This document shows, in pieces, positions 42,110-50,931 of a stretch of DNA of 64,000 nt (position 1 is the first letter of the stretch; every line of letters begins with the position of its first letter). The position numbers and the translations under genes were made by a program. Source of the stretch: Cenococcum geophilum (Eukaryota); contig CP158635.1 of the NCBI GenBank assembly GCA_050273025.1, forward strand, positions 3,782,001 to 3,846,000, written 5' to 3'. The notes below the pieces were generated by a model, which saw nothing but the letters and a program-made list of their open reading frames with translations, had not been told where the DNA came from and did no database searches.

Positions 42110-43480
42110 TTATCCGAACCCAAGACCTTTTTTCTCTACTTCATACCCACCCAATCTAACATCTACATTTCTTTTTCCCTTCGCGCTCTTCTTCGTTCCT
42201 ACCGGGCTCCTTTTCACGCCACCAGCTCCTCTCTTCTTCAGCACCGCTGGATTATCATTGAAAACACTGGCAGGTCCAAAATCCGGCGTCCGGCCCAAAG
42301 TCCCAGAAATGTCCCCTATATAATTCGTTGCATTTACACCCGCAGCAAATGTACTACTCCACTCCCCCAAATCCCTTGCGCGACTTTGATCTTGGCTAGA
42401 TAAATATTCCGCAGCGCGGGCTCGAAACTGCCTTGGTTCGCCCAGAATTGGTTCGTCGGCGGCTTGCCTCGGGTACGAACGATGCATGTCGCTGGCGGTG
42501 CGCATGACAATGATGCGCGCGAAGTCGACGAGCCCGGCGGCGGTGGCACGGAGCAGGGCTTCGAGAGTCGCGTTGTCTTCCCGCGCCGTCATGCAGTAGA
42601 CGCCGGAGCCGTTCGTGGCGAGTCTTGTAAAGTTCTCGAAGGCCTCGGAAAGGATGCGGCCGCTGTAGTACGCGTCGCTTGTGGCTACGTCGCATTCGAC
42701 GGCGCTCGGGGAAGCTGCGCCCGCTGCGTGAACAGATGTTTGGGGGGTTACGTAGTTTGCCCGGTAGGCCTACACAAGAGTGCTGTCATTCAGAGTGGCG
42801 GTTTTGGCGAAGCCAACGGCCAGCGAGCGCAGCTCAGTGTTGGCTTCGAAGACTTCGGTCCTGTAAATGGACTGAGGGTATTCATTTGGAGTTGTGCTGC
42901 CTTGGGGATCATAGCCAGTGCTACAATTTTCGCGTGGGTCGAATTCATATTACAAGGCGACTTGAAGAGCATAAGGAGCGAAAGCTACAGAGCTGAGAGT
43001 TGTGACTTCAGGGTTTACTCTAGCGATGCCGCTGATTAGGGAGTATGTTGTGGTAAGGTCGAGTTTTAGGGGGGCAACGAGGGAGGAGATTGTGATAGCA
43101 GCATTAATTTCTAATTTGCAGAGACAGGATCAGTAAGGTTGAATGTTATATATGAGTGTTCTAGTTAGGGACCGCGGCCTGTGGGGTATAGGATACTGCA
43201 AGTTCCTCTTGGGTTGAGTATTCTGGGTAGACCGAATATTCAAACTTAGTCCTAGGAAATTCCAAACGTTATAACCAATACAGTATGGAAGAGGCAACCG
43301 CCACTTTCTCCGGTAACCAATTGACAAAGATCCCCGTCCGCTGTGCAATGCGCGTCTGGGAACAGTGGCGAGAAGCCCGGCACCGTAATGTTTGTCGCCA
43401 GCAGATCGAACTCCGGGATGCCCCACCAGACTTCCCCTTCTAGTGGGAATATGCTAATGATGAAGACCTTAGGCTTCGCC
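42110..43480 (-). pseudogene. Purine nucleoside permease (NUP family) pseudogene
   Basis: Motifs PKVFIISIFPLEGEVWWGIPEFDLL, CQLVTGES/EINAA, YCMTAREDNATLEAL, RIIVMRTASD and NYIGDI. In-frame TAA (42952-42950) and TAG (42772-42770). The C-terminal homology switches frame (FEPALRNIYLA lies in a different frame). The true start was not identified. Confidence 0.85.
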
Positions 43481-45198
43481 TTGTAAGTATACAATCTTTC
43501 TTTCATTGCTACTCCTGCATCTTGTGCGCTAATGAGGTTGATGAGACCAGAAGAAAAGAGAGTAGCACCACGAGTGCATGGAAGAGAAAGGAGTGCACCT
43601 AGAGAAGCTTTAGAATAATCAATTGGAAGAAATAAATGAGAACACAAGCAGCGCGCCCAACGAAGAAGCTCTAAATAATTTTCAAGTCCGTAGAAATACA
43701 GGGTCACAAAGCACCCGGCTGGTTTAAGGCTACAGCTGATTTAAACCTACAGCTCCCCTCTGCCAGTGCTGAGTCATAGCTACCCACCGGTTTACCTATC
43801 CACATACCGGGAATTGTAATCCCCTCATCCATCATGCTGCACATCAGTACCCGCCGTCTCTGTCACGGCACTATCTAACACGCGTGGCATTACCTTCTGT
43901 GGGCTGCTCGGTGCCTCAGTCGCAGTGAGCGGGTGGGACAGCTTCAGAGATAGCGGCAACAGTGCATGTTGGCATGACAATTCTTCGTTCCCGAAGGGTG
44001 CGGTTCGTATTCTTATCGTTGGCGATGTGCGGGAGTTGGATCAAGCATGGCCTCGTATCGAAGCCTACCGGGGAGATCTTGAGTTGCCCCTTATGGTTAT
44101 GGTGATCTTCTTCAGATCTCGGCCATGGCCATATATAGATAGTCTAATCGAACTTTCGCGTCGAATGACGTTTGACGAGCTTGCGACTATCCGCGTACCC
44201 TCAGTAGGTACCGACCCAGATATGAGGGCAGTGTGAGATTTTTATCTGGCCAAGAAATCAAGTCAGCCCTCAATTCTGGTAACGTTTGTGCCCTTAGTAA
44301 GAAAAGAAGAGCAATGGAGAACGCAGTGGAAGCCTTGCAAGGTCGTATCTCGGCCCAGGAAGGGTCATGTCGTTTTACTTCTGAATTTCGATGTACTGCT
44401 GTGGGTAAAGAATCCCCATATGGTGAAAGTAGTCTATCTCGCTTTGCCTAAGACACATGAAAAAGACAGACGCTAATTCGTGGCTCTCCGATTTCCTCCG
44501 CTGTTCTGGAGGGTGAGCGTCGTGATTCCAACTCCGTGGCCTAGGCGAGCATGGGTGAGCGTGGGGGAGCTGAGAGAGCAGCGATAATAAATAAAACTAG
44601 GTAATCCCTCGCCCGAAACGCAATGAATCTCGATGAACTTCATATTTGACCGTGTTTCCTTCATAGTGTTACTTCAAAGCTATGACTTTGCCTATCAGAT
44701 TTTTCTGGTTGTTCAAGTAAACACGGGGTGATCATCCAGACCTAGGACCCCCGTGTTGTTTCACTTCCCCAATGGGGTTTATAGCACACCTGAACAGGAT
44801 TGATTGAGTATCAGATGCTGTCGTGTCATATTATCTTGGAAAGGTTTCAAAAATGCATAGCAGCGTAGCTAGAGGCTCTATGAAGGAGCCTGATTGCTCA
44901 AAAAATTATCTACAAGGTGGTCCATGCATTGGCCCGTGCGCGTCGCCGAGCTGAAGAGACCCCTACAACATGCTCGTTAACTCAGCTCAAAATCTACGCG
45001 TAGTGCCATACTTTTTGGCCCGTTTGACCACACCGCTGATGCCTGGCAGCCTTACATGCATACTTCTCGCCCAAAGACTTTGGTTGACAACGCCTTCGCA
45101 AGGCTGGGATTATTCATTCCTCCGCTTTCCTTCATCTTGATTAAGAACGGACACTCAGCTGCCGCTAAGCCTTTCGTTATTTGAATTAGGGTAGAGGC

Positions 45199-48100
45199 AT
45201 GTATACTAATTCCACGTTGAAAAGACCCCGCCCTCAACCCGAACAATTTACCGTGGGATGGATCTCCGCTCTGCCCGTCGAGCTTACTGCTGCTACAGCA
45301 ATGCTGGATGAAAAATACGATGACAGCGGTTACACCACCCAGTATACGCTGGGGCGCATCGGTGGACACAACGTCGTTATCACCTGCCTGCCAGCCGGTC
45401 AGTATGGCACAAACTCCGCCGCGGTAGCCGCTACTCGGATGCAATCAGAATTCCGCGCTCTCCAAATCGGCCTTATGGTAGGCATTGGAGGGGGGGTTCC
45501 AAGCCCCGAAGTGGATATTCGACTTGGTGATGCGGTGATTAGTCAACCACAAGCGGGCTACGGGGGAGTGGTTCAATATGACTATGGGAAGACTGGATCA
45601 GGGGGACTATGCACACGGACAGGTTATCTTAACGCACCGCCCGATGTCCTCCTTACCGCAATATCTAAGCTACGGTCGAATATAAGTGCAGGCAAAAGCA
45701 ATCCTAAAGTCCACCTATCACCGCTAGCTCACCTCCCAGAATTTGAACGCCGCAACGCAGGTCCAGATACCCTCTTTCAGTCCCCGTATAGTCACATTGA
45801 AGGACCGACATGCGATCGGTGCCGTAAAGATATGGTAGTCGCACGGATCCCGCGGGAAAGCGAAGAGGTAGTCATTCACTATGGCACAATAGCTTCTGGC
45901 AATCAAGTTATAAAGGACGGGCTCACAAGAGACAAGTTGAGCGCCGAGCTTGGGGGTGTTCTTTGCTTCGAGATGGAGGCAGCAGGCCTGATGAACAGCT
46001 TTCCCTGTCTCATCGTCCGTGGTATTTGTGACTATGCTGACTCGCACAAGAACAAGAAGTGGCAGCCATATGCCGCAGCAGTGGCGGCAGCATGTGCGAG
46101 AGAAATCCTGTCAATTATCCCTACAGGCTCTTATTCGAATAATTATGGCACCGAAGTTACTCAGCAACTTGCTATGAATCCCATAGAGTTAAGTCGATCC
46201 AACGGACCAGATAATATCCCTACTGAAAACATAGCTTCGCTATGTGTGAGATCAGTCCTTACAGCAGCTCAACGCGAAAGCTACCTACATTCTTTGAGGT
46301 TCGATCAAATTGATGCTCGTCACGCGACAATCAGAACCGCCCACGCTAAGACATGTAGATGGTTGCTTAGCAAATCTGAGTATCAAGATTGGCTCGACGT
46401 TAGCAAGCTCTCCGATCATCATGGCTTCTTATGGATCAAAGGAAAGCCAGCTACCGGTAAATCGACAATAATGAAGTTCGCCTATACAGACGCCAAGAAA
46501 AAGAAGGCAGACACCGTTGTTATATCGTTCTTTTTCAATGCAAGAGGCGACGAACTTGAGAAGTCGTCTTTAGGAATGTACCGTTCCCTTTTGTTCCAGC
46601 TTCTGGAGCAGCTTCCAGACCTTCAGGACGTGTTTGACTCCTTACGACCATCAAGGCCAATCAACAGTGACCCTTATAGATGGGATATCGAAATTATTCA
46701 GAGGCTTTTCGAGCATGCGATTAAAAGGATCGGGCAGCACTGCGTGACCTGCTTTGTTGATGCTCTAGATGAATGCGACGAGGATCAAGTGCGAGAGATG
46801 GTGTCATTCTTTGAACAACTAGGGCAACTTGCAATTTCGTCCCAACTTCGATTGCTTGTCTGCTTCTCGAGTCGCCACTACCCACACATTACTATCGAAA
46901 AAGGCATCCAACTAATTTTGGAAGGGCAGGAGGGTCATCAGCAGGATATAGCCAATTATTTGCGCAGCGAGCTAAAAATTGGACGTAGCAAGTTGGCCGA
47001 GCAAATTAAGGCCGAGATACTCGAGAGAGCATCTGGAATTTTTCTATGGGTCGTCCTCGTTATACAGATGCTTAGTAAAGAATATGACCGTGGCCGCATA
47101 CACGCACTTAGGAAGCGGCTTGATGAGATCCCAAACGGATTGGATGAGTTGTTTAAAGATATCTTAACAAGAGACGGCCAGAATATAGAGGAGCTAATTC
47201 TTTGTCTCCAATGCATACTGTATGCAAAGCGGCCTTTCAAGCGTGAAGAGCTCTACTTCGCTGTATTAGCAGGAGTCGCACCTGAGGCGCTGACTGCATG
47301 GACCTCCGAAGAGATTACAGAACAGGACATGGAAAGATTTATTCTAAGTTCCTCGAAGGGACTCGCAGAGTTAACAAAGTCTAAGAATCAAACCGTTCAA
47401 TTCATTCACGAGTCGGTGCGGGATTTTCTCCTTAAAGGAAACGGCCTTGACAGGCTTCGTTCTGACCTTAGAAGTAACTTCTCGGGTCTAAGCCACGAAC
47501 GGCTAAAGCAATGCTGTCAAAACTACATGACGATTGATACTTCCGAGCAACTGGATTTAGTAACACCACTTCCAATTGCATCTTCTGAGGATGCTGCGGT
47601 TCTTCGCCGACAGGCATCTAAAATGTTTCCTTTTCTCGAATATGCAGTACGGAATGTGCTCTATCACGCCGATACTGCACAGGGGCACAGAATCTCGCAA
47701 GATAGGTTTGTTGAAATTTTCCCTCTTCAAAAGTGGATCACCCTAGACAATCTCTTTGAAAGGTATCAGATACGCCGCCATACGTCTGATGCGAGTCTTT
47801 TATATATCCTTGCGGAGAAAAACTTGCCAAACCTCATTTCAATCGAACTAAAACGTGTTCCGCACATGGATATCGAGGGGGAACGCTACAGCTATCCGTT
47901 ACATGCGGCTCTAGCTCACGCGAATGAAAATGCTGTAAGAGCACTTTTAGCCCCAAGCTCTGACCACGACATACTACATGAGCAATCACTCCGTCCTACC
48001 GCCAGAGAACATGAGGAAGTAGTCGAATACTTCATTAGTAAAAGACACGATATCCGTTCCGGGAAGGGCCGGCGTATATTCCCAAAGTCAGTAGAGCGCG

Positions 48101-49398
48101 ACCTTGCACTTTTAAAAGTTCTGCTCGCAACTAGGAAAGTTAACACCAACGCTCAAACTTATTTAAGACGGTTACTGCTGTCGTTGGCGGCAGAAAATGG
48201 GCATGAGGTGATAGTTAAGCTTCTGCTCGCGGACGGCGTCGACATAAACTTCAAGGATTCTACACAGGGACGGACGCCGCTATCATGGGCAGCAGGGAAT
48301 GGACTCGAGGCCATAGTCAAGCTACTGGTTGAGCGGAGCGATATCGAGGCCGACTCAAAGGATAATATGGGTCAAACGCCACTGTCATGGGTGGCAGAGA
48401 GAGGGCACGAGGCCGTAGTTAAGCTACTGGTTGAGCGGAGCGATGTCGAGGCCGACTCAAAGGATAATATGGGTCGAACGCCACTGTCACAGGCGGCGGG
48501 GAACGGGCATGGGGCCGTGGTTGGGCTACTGGTTGAGCGGAGCGATGTCCGGGCCGACTCAAAGGATGCGTGGGGTCAAACGCCACTGTCACTGGCGGCA
48601 GGAAACGGGCATGAGGCCGTAGTTAAACTACTGGTTGAGCAGAGTGATGTCGAGGCCGACTCAAAGGATAATATGGGTCGAACGCCACTGTCATGGGTGG
48701 CAGAGAGAGGGCACGAGGCCGTAGTTAAGCTACTGGTTGAGCGGAGCGATGTCGAGGCCGACTCAAAGGATACGTGGAGTCAAACGCCACTATCACTGGC
48801 GGCAGGGAACGGGCATGAGGCCGTAGTTAAGCTACTGATTGAGCGGAGCGATTTCGAGGCCGACTCAAAGGATAATATGGGTCGAACGCCACTATCACTG
48901 GCGGCAGGGAACGGGCATGAGGCCGTAGTTAAGCTACTGATTGAGCGGAGCGATTTCGAGGCCGACTCAAAGGATAATATGGGTCGAACGCCACTATCAT
49001 GGGCAGCAAGGAACGGGCACGAGGCCGTAGTTAGGCTACTAGTCGAGCGGAGTGACGTTGAGGCCGACTCAAAGGATAATAACGGTCGAACACCGCTATC
49101 ATGGGCTGCAGATAAAGGGCATGAGGCCGTAGTTAAGCTACTGGTTGAGCGGAGCGATGCCGAGGCCGACTCAAAGAATACATATAGTCAAACGCCACTG
49201 TCATGGGCGGCAAGGAACGGGCATGAGGCCGTAGTTAAGCTACTGGTTGAGCGGAGCGATGTCAAGGCTGACTTGAAGGATAATTGGGGTCAAACGCCAC
49301 TGTCACTGGCGGCAGAGAACGGGCATAAGGCCATAGTTAAGCTACTACTTGCCGAAGGAGTTGACACGGACTCCAAGGACAGATATGGTCGGATGTAA
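45199..49398 (+). CDS. Fungal NLR-like protein: PNP_UDP phosphorylase - NACHT - ankyrin repeats, 1399 aa, 3'-truncated by an LTR insertion
   Basis: N-terminal FTVGWISALPVE, GLMVGIGGGVP, FEMEAAGL and IVRGICDYADSHKNKKWQ (PNP_UDP). P-loop GKPATGKST (46441-46467) and Walker B CFVDALDEC. Twelve tandem ankyrin repeats (TPLSxAAxNGHEAVVKLL) from ~48175. Confidence 0.95.
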   Translation: MYTNSTLKRPRPQPEQFTVGWISALPVELTAATAMLDEKYDDSGYTTQYTLGRIGGHNVVITCLPAGQYGTNSAAVAATRMQSEFRALQIGLMVGIGGGVPSPEVDIRLGDAVISQPQAGYGGVVQYDYGKTGSGGLCTRTGYLNAPPDVLLTAISKLRSNISAGKSNPKVHLSPLAHLPEFERRNAGPDTLFQSPYSHIEGPTCDRCRKDMVVARIPRESEEVVIHYGTIASGNQVIKDGLTRDKLSAELGGVLCFEMEAAGLMNSFPCLIVRGICDYADSHKNKKWQPYAAAVAAACAREILSIIPTGSYSNNYGTEVTQQLAMNPIELSRSNGPDNIPTENIASLCVRSVLTAAQRESYLHSLRFDQIDARHATIRTAHAKTCRWLLSKSEYQDWLDVSKLSDHHGFLWIKGKPATGKSTIMKFAYTDAKKKKADTVVISFFFNARGDELEKSSLGMYRSLLFQLLEQLPDLQDVFDSLRPSRPINSDPYRWDIEIIQRLFEHAIKRIGQHCVTCFVDALDECDEDQVREMVSFFEQLGQLAISSQLRLLVCFSSRHYPHITIEKGIQLILEGQEGHQQDIANYLRSELKIGRSKLAEQIKAEILERASGIFLWVVLVIQMLSKEYDRGRIHALRKRLDEIPNGLDELFKDILTRDGQNIEELILCLQCILYAKRPFKREELYFAVLAGVAPEALTAWTSEEITEQDMERFILSSSKGLAELTKSKNQTVQFIHESVRDFLLKGNGLDRLRSDLRSNFSGLSHERLKQCCQNYMTIDTSEQLDLVTPLPIASSEDAAVLRRQASKMFPFLEYAVRNVLYHADTAQGHRISQDRFVEIFPLQKWITLDNLFERYQIRRHTSDASLLYILAEKNLPNLISIELKRVPHMDIEGERYSYPLHAALAHANENAVRALLAPSSDHDILHEQSLRPTAREHEEVVEYFISKRHDIRSGKGRRIFPKSVERDLALLKVLLATRKVNTNAQTYLRRLLLSLAAENGHEVIVKLLLADGVDINFKDSTQGRTPLSWAAGNGLEAIVKLLVERSDIEADSKDNMGQTPLSWVAERGHEAVVKLLVERSDVEADSKDNMGRTPLSQAAGNGHGAVVGLLVERSDVRADSKDAWGQTPLSLAAGNGHEAVVKLLVEQSDVEADSKDNMGRTPLSWVAERGHEAVVKLLVERSDVEADSKDTWSQTPLSLAAGNGHEAVVKLLIERSDFEADSKDNMGRTPLSLAAGNGHEAVVKLLIERSDFEADSKDNMGRTPLSWAARNGHEAVVRLLVERSDVEADSKDNNGRTPLSWAADKGHEAVVKLLVERSDAEADSKNTYSQTPLSWAARNGHEAVVKLLVERSDVKADLKDNWGQTPLSLAAENGHKAIVKLLLAEGVDTDSKDRYGRM
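48175..49393 (+). repeat. Array of 102-bp (34-aa) ankyrin repeat units with high internal DNA identity
   Basis: GAGGCCGACTCAAAGGAT...ACGCCACT recurs with a 102-bp period. 48783-48999 holds two identical consecutive units. Confidence 0.95.
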
Positions 49399-49926
49399 CG
49401 GAACCTTATAGCAAGGACTACGATGGGCTCGTTATTAGGCTAGGTGTGTAGGTGATACAAATTAAAGTCAATAACGTAATAATAATTGGTGGAGTGGTTG
49501 CCCAATAGATTAACTCTAATTATATTCTAAGAATTACTATAAGGAAGGAACTATCTAGGTAGGGATTAAGGGTCCTTAAATATATAACCGTACTCCTATA
49601 AAATCCTTCTTATACATAATATATATATACTCTATTTACTCTATTATAGATTATATAGATTATATAGATTATATAAATTACGTTATATAATCTTAGTTAC
49701 TATTCCTTATTATATAGCTCTATTAGCTCTATTTTAGACTATGCCTATATTAATTAACTAGCTTCTTTTAACTTTTCCCTAAGTAGTTATAATATTATAC
49801 TTAAAGCGTTTATAATACCATCTCCCTCCTCTCTATTTTTATCTTTAAAGATTCTTAATATCTCTAAGTTATTTACTAGAGGTATAATGTCTATTTAATT
49901 AATTTAGTTAATATTATTACTTATTA

Positions 49927-50038
49927 GGGCTTCATGAAATCGGCCTCTGCACCTCCACGCGGTGGAGCCCGGGAACCTGGCAGTACTATTGATGTTCCGT
50001 TAGGATCGTGTCAATAGACTACCAGAGCAAACGCAGAG
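49927..50038 (+). ncRNA. HDV-like self-cleaving ribozyme (predicted)
   Basis: P1 GGGCTTC 49927-33 / GGAGCCC 49964-70. P2 CTCTGC 49945-50 / GCAGAG 50033-38. P3 ACC/GGT closing L3 TCCACGC. GG 49971-72 is available for P1.1. P4 hairpin 49977-50025. J4/2 AGCAAAC contains candidate catalytic C50028. Confidence 0.85.
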
Positions 50039-50931
50039 ACGTCCGTACGGCTGCGCACCGCTGGCGCTGCGACGGGTGATTGCGAAGAAAGAAGTTTCTG
50101 TTGGGAGGGTGAGCCCTAATAAGGCCTTAGGAACACGACCAACTCGTCTTTACATACGGTCGACCTACTCGAATCACGGCATCTAAATTGGCGTCCTCCT
50201 TCTATATAGCATGGTACGCTATACTACACGACCCTATATAGTATATACGTACGCCTTGCAGGCTAAAGCCCGTAATAAGCCTCTTTATCTACCTACCTTC
50301 TAAAAGCCTCTCGTCCATTGCCTTTTAAGGCCTCTTATCTACCCGCCTTTATTATTACTTAATAGCTTAGACCTGCCGCACGCGGTATATATCCTCCTTT
50401 GTGTTATAAAGGACCTAGGTTAGGGCCCTAGGAAAAGACACCTAGCACTAATTACTATCCCGTTATTTTAGTTTTAAAAAAGGTTATATAGGACTAGATA
50501 TAAATGCATTATATAGGAGGGCAGTAGATTATACTAAAAGGTATAATAATAAGATTGGATTATGCTATAAGTAGGGAAGCTATAAGTAGCATATATGTAT
50601 GCATACAGGGCGGAGTAGAGAAAGGGCAGGTATATAATTCCATATAGGCAACAACAAATAGGGAAAGTGGTTTAAAAGGTAGATAGGGCAAGACAGGCAT
50701 TTAAGACACCTTCTTTAGGGGTCTCTAAGCAGTAACCTAACGGTGTTTTTTCCCCCGTTAATGTAGTACGAATGCTATCTGGAAGTATTACCTCTTACAT
50801 TTCCCTTAGGGGTTTTTTGTTTACCTAAAAAATGGGTTTTTCTCAGTATATATATTAAGTTTTTACTATAGGAATTAGTCTACGTGGACCTATTAGGGGG
50901 ACTAGGTCGGACGGTAAATTAAATTTATTAT
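49927..50931 (+). mobile_element. ~1.0 kb non-autonomous non-LTR (SINE-like) retroelement with a ribozyme head and LINE-like tail
   Basis: Flanked by TATTATTACTTATTA (49912-49926 and 50932-50946). The empty site is visible in the paralogous LTR element near 63215-63229. The 3' end resembles the LINE 3' ends in this window and finishes in (TTA)n. No ORF of 60 aa or more in the track. Confidence 0.85.

Noticed and set aside
33000..49393. Gene island as cargo of a Starship-type giant element
   Set aside because: No tyrosine-recombinase captain or boundary motif is visible, and the island includes a conserved housekeeping-type spindle-pole gene.
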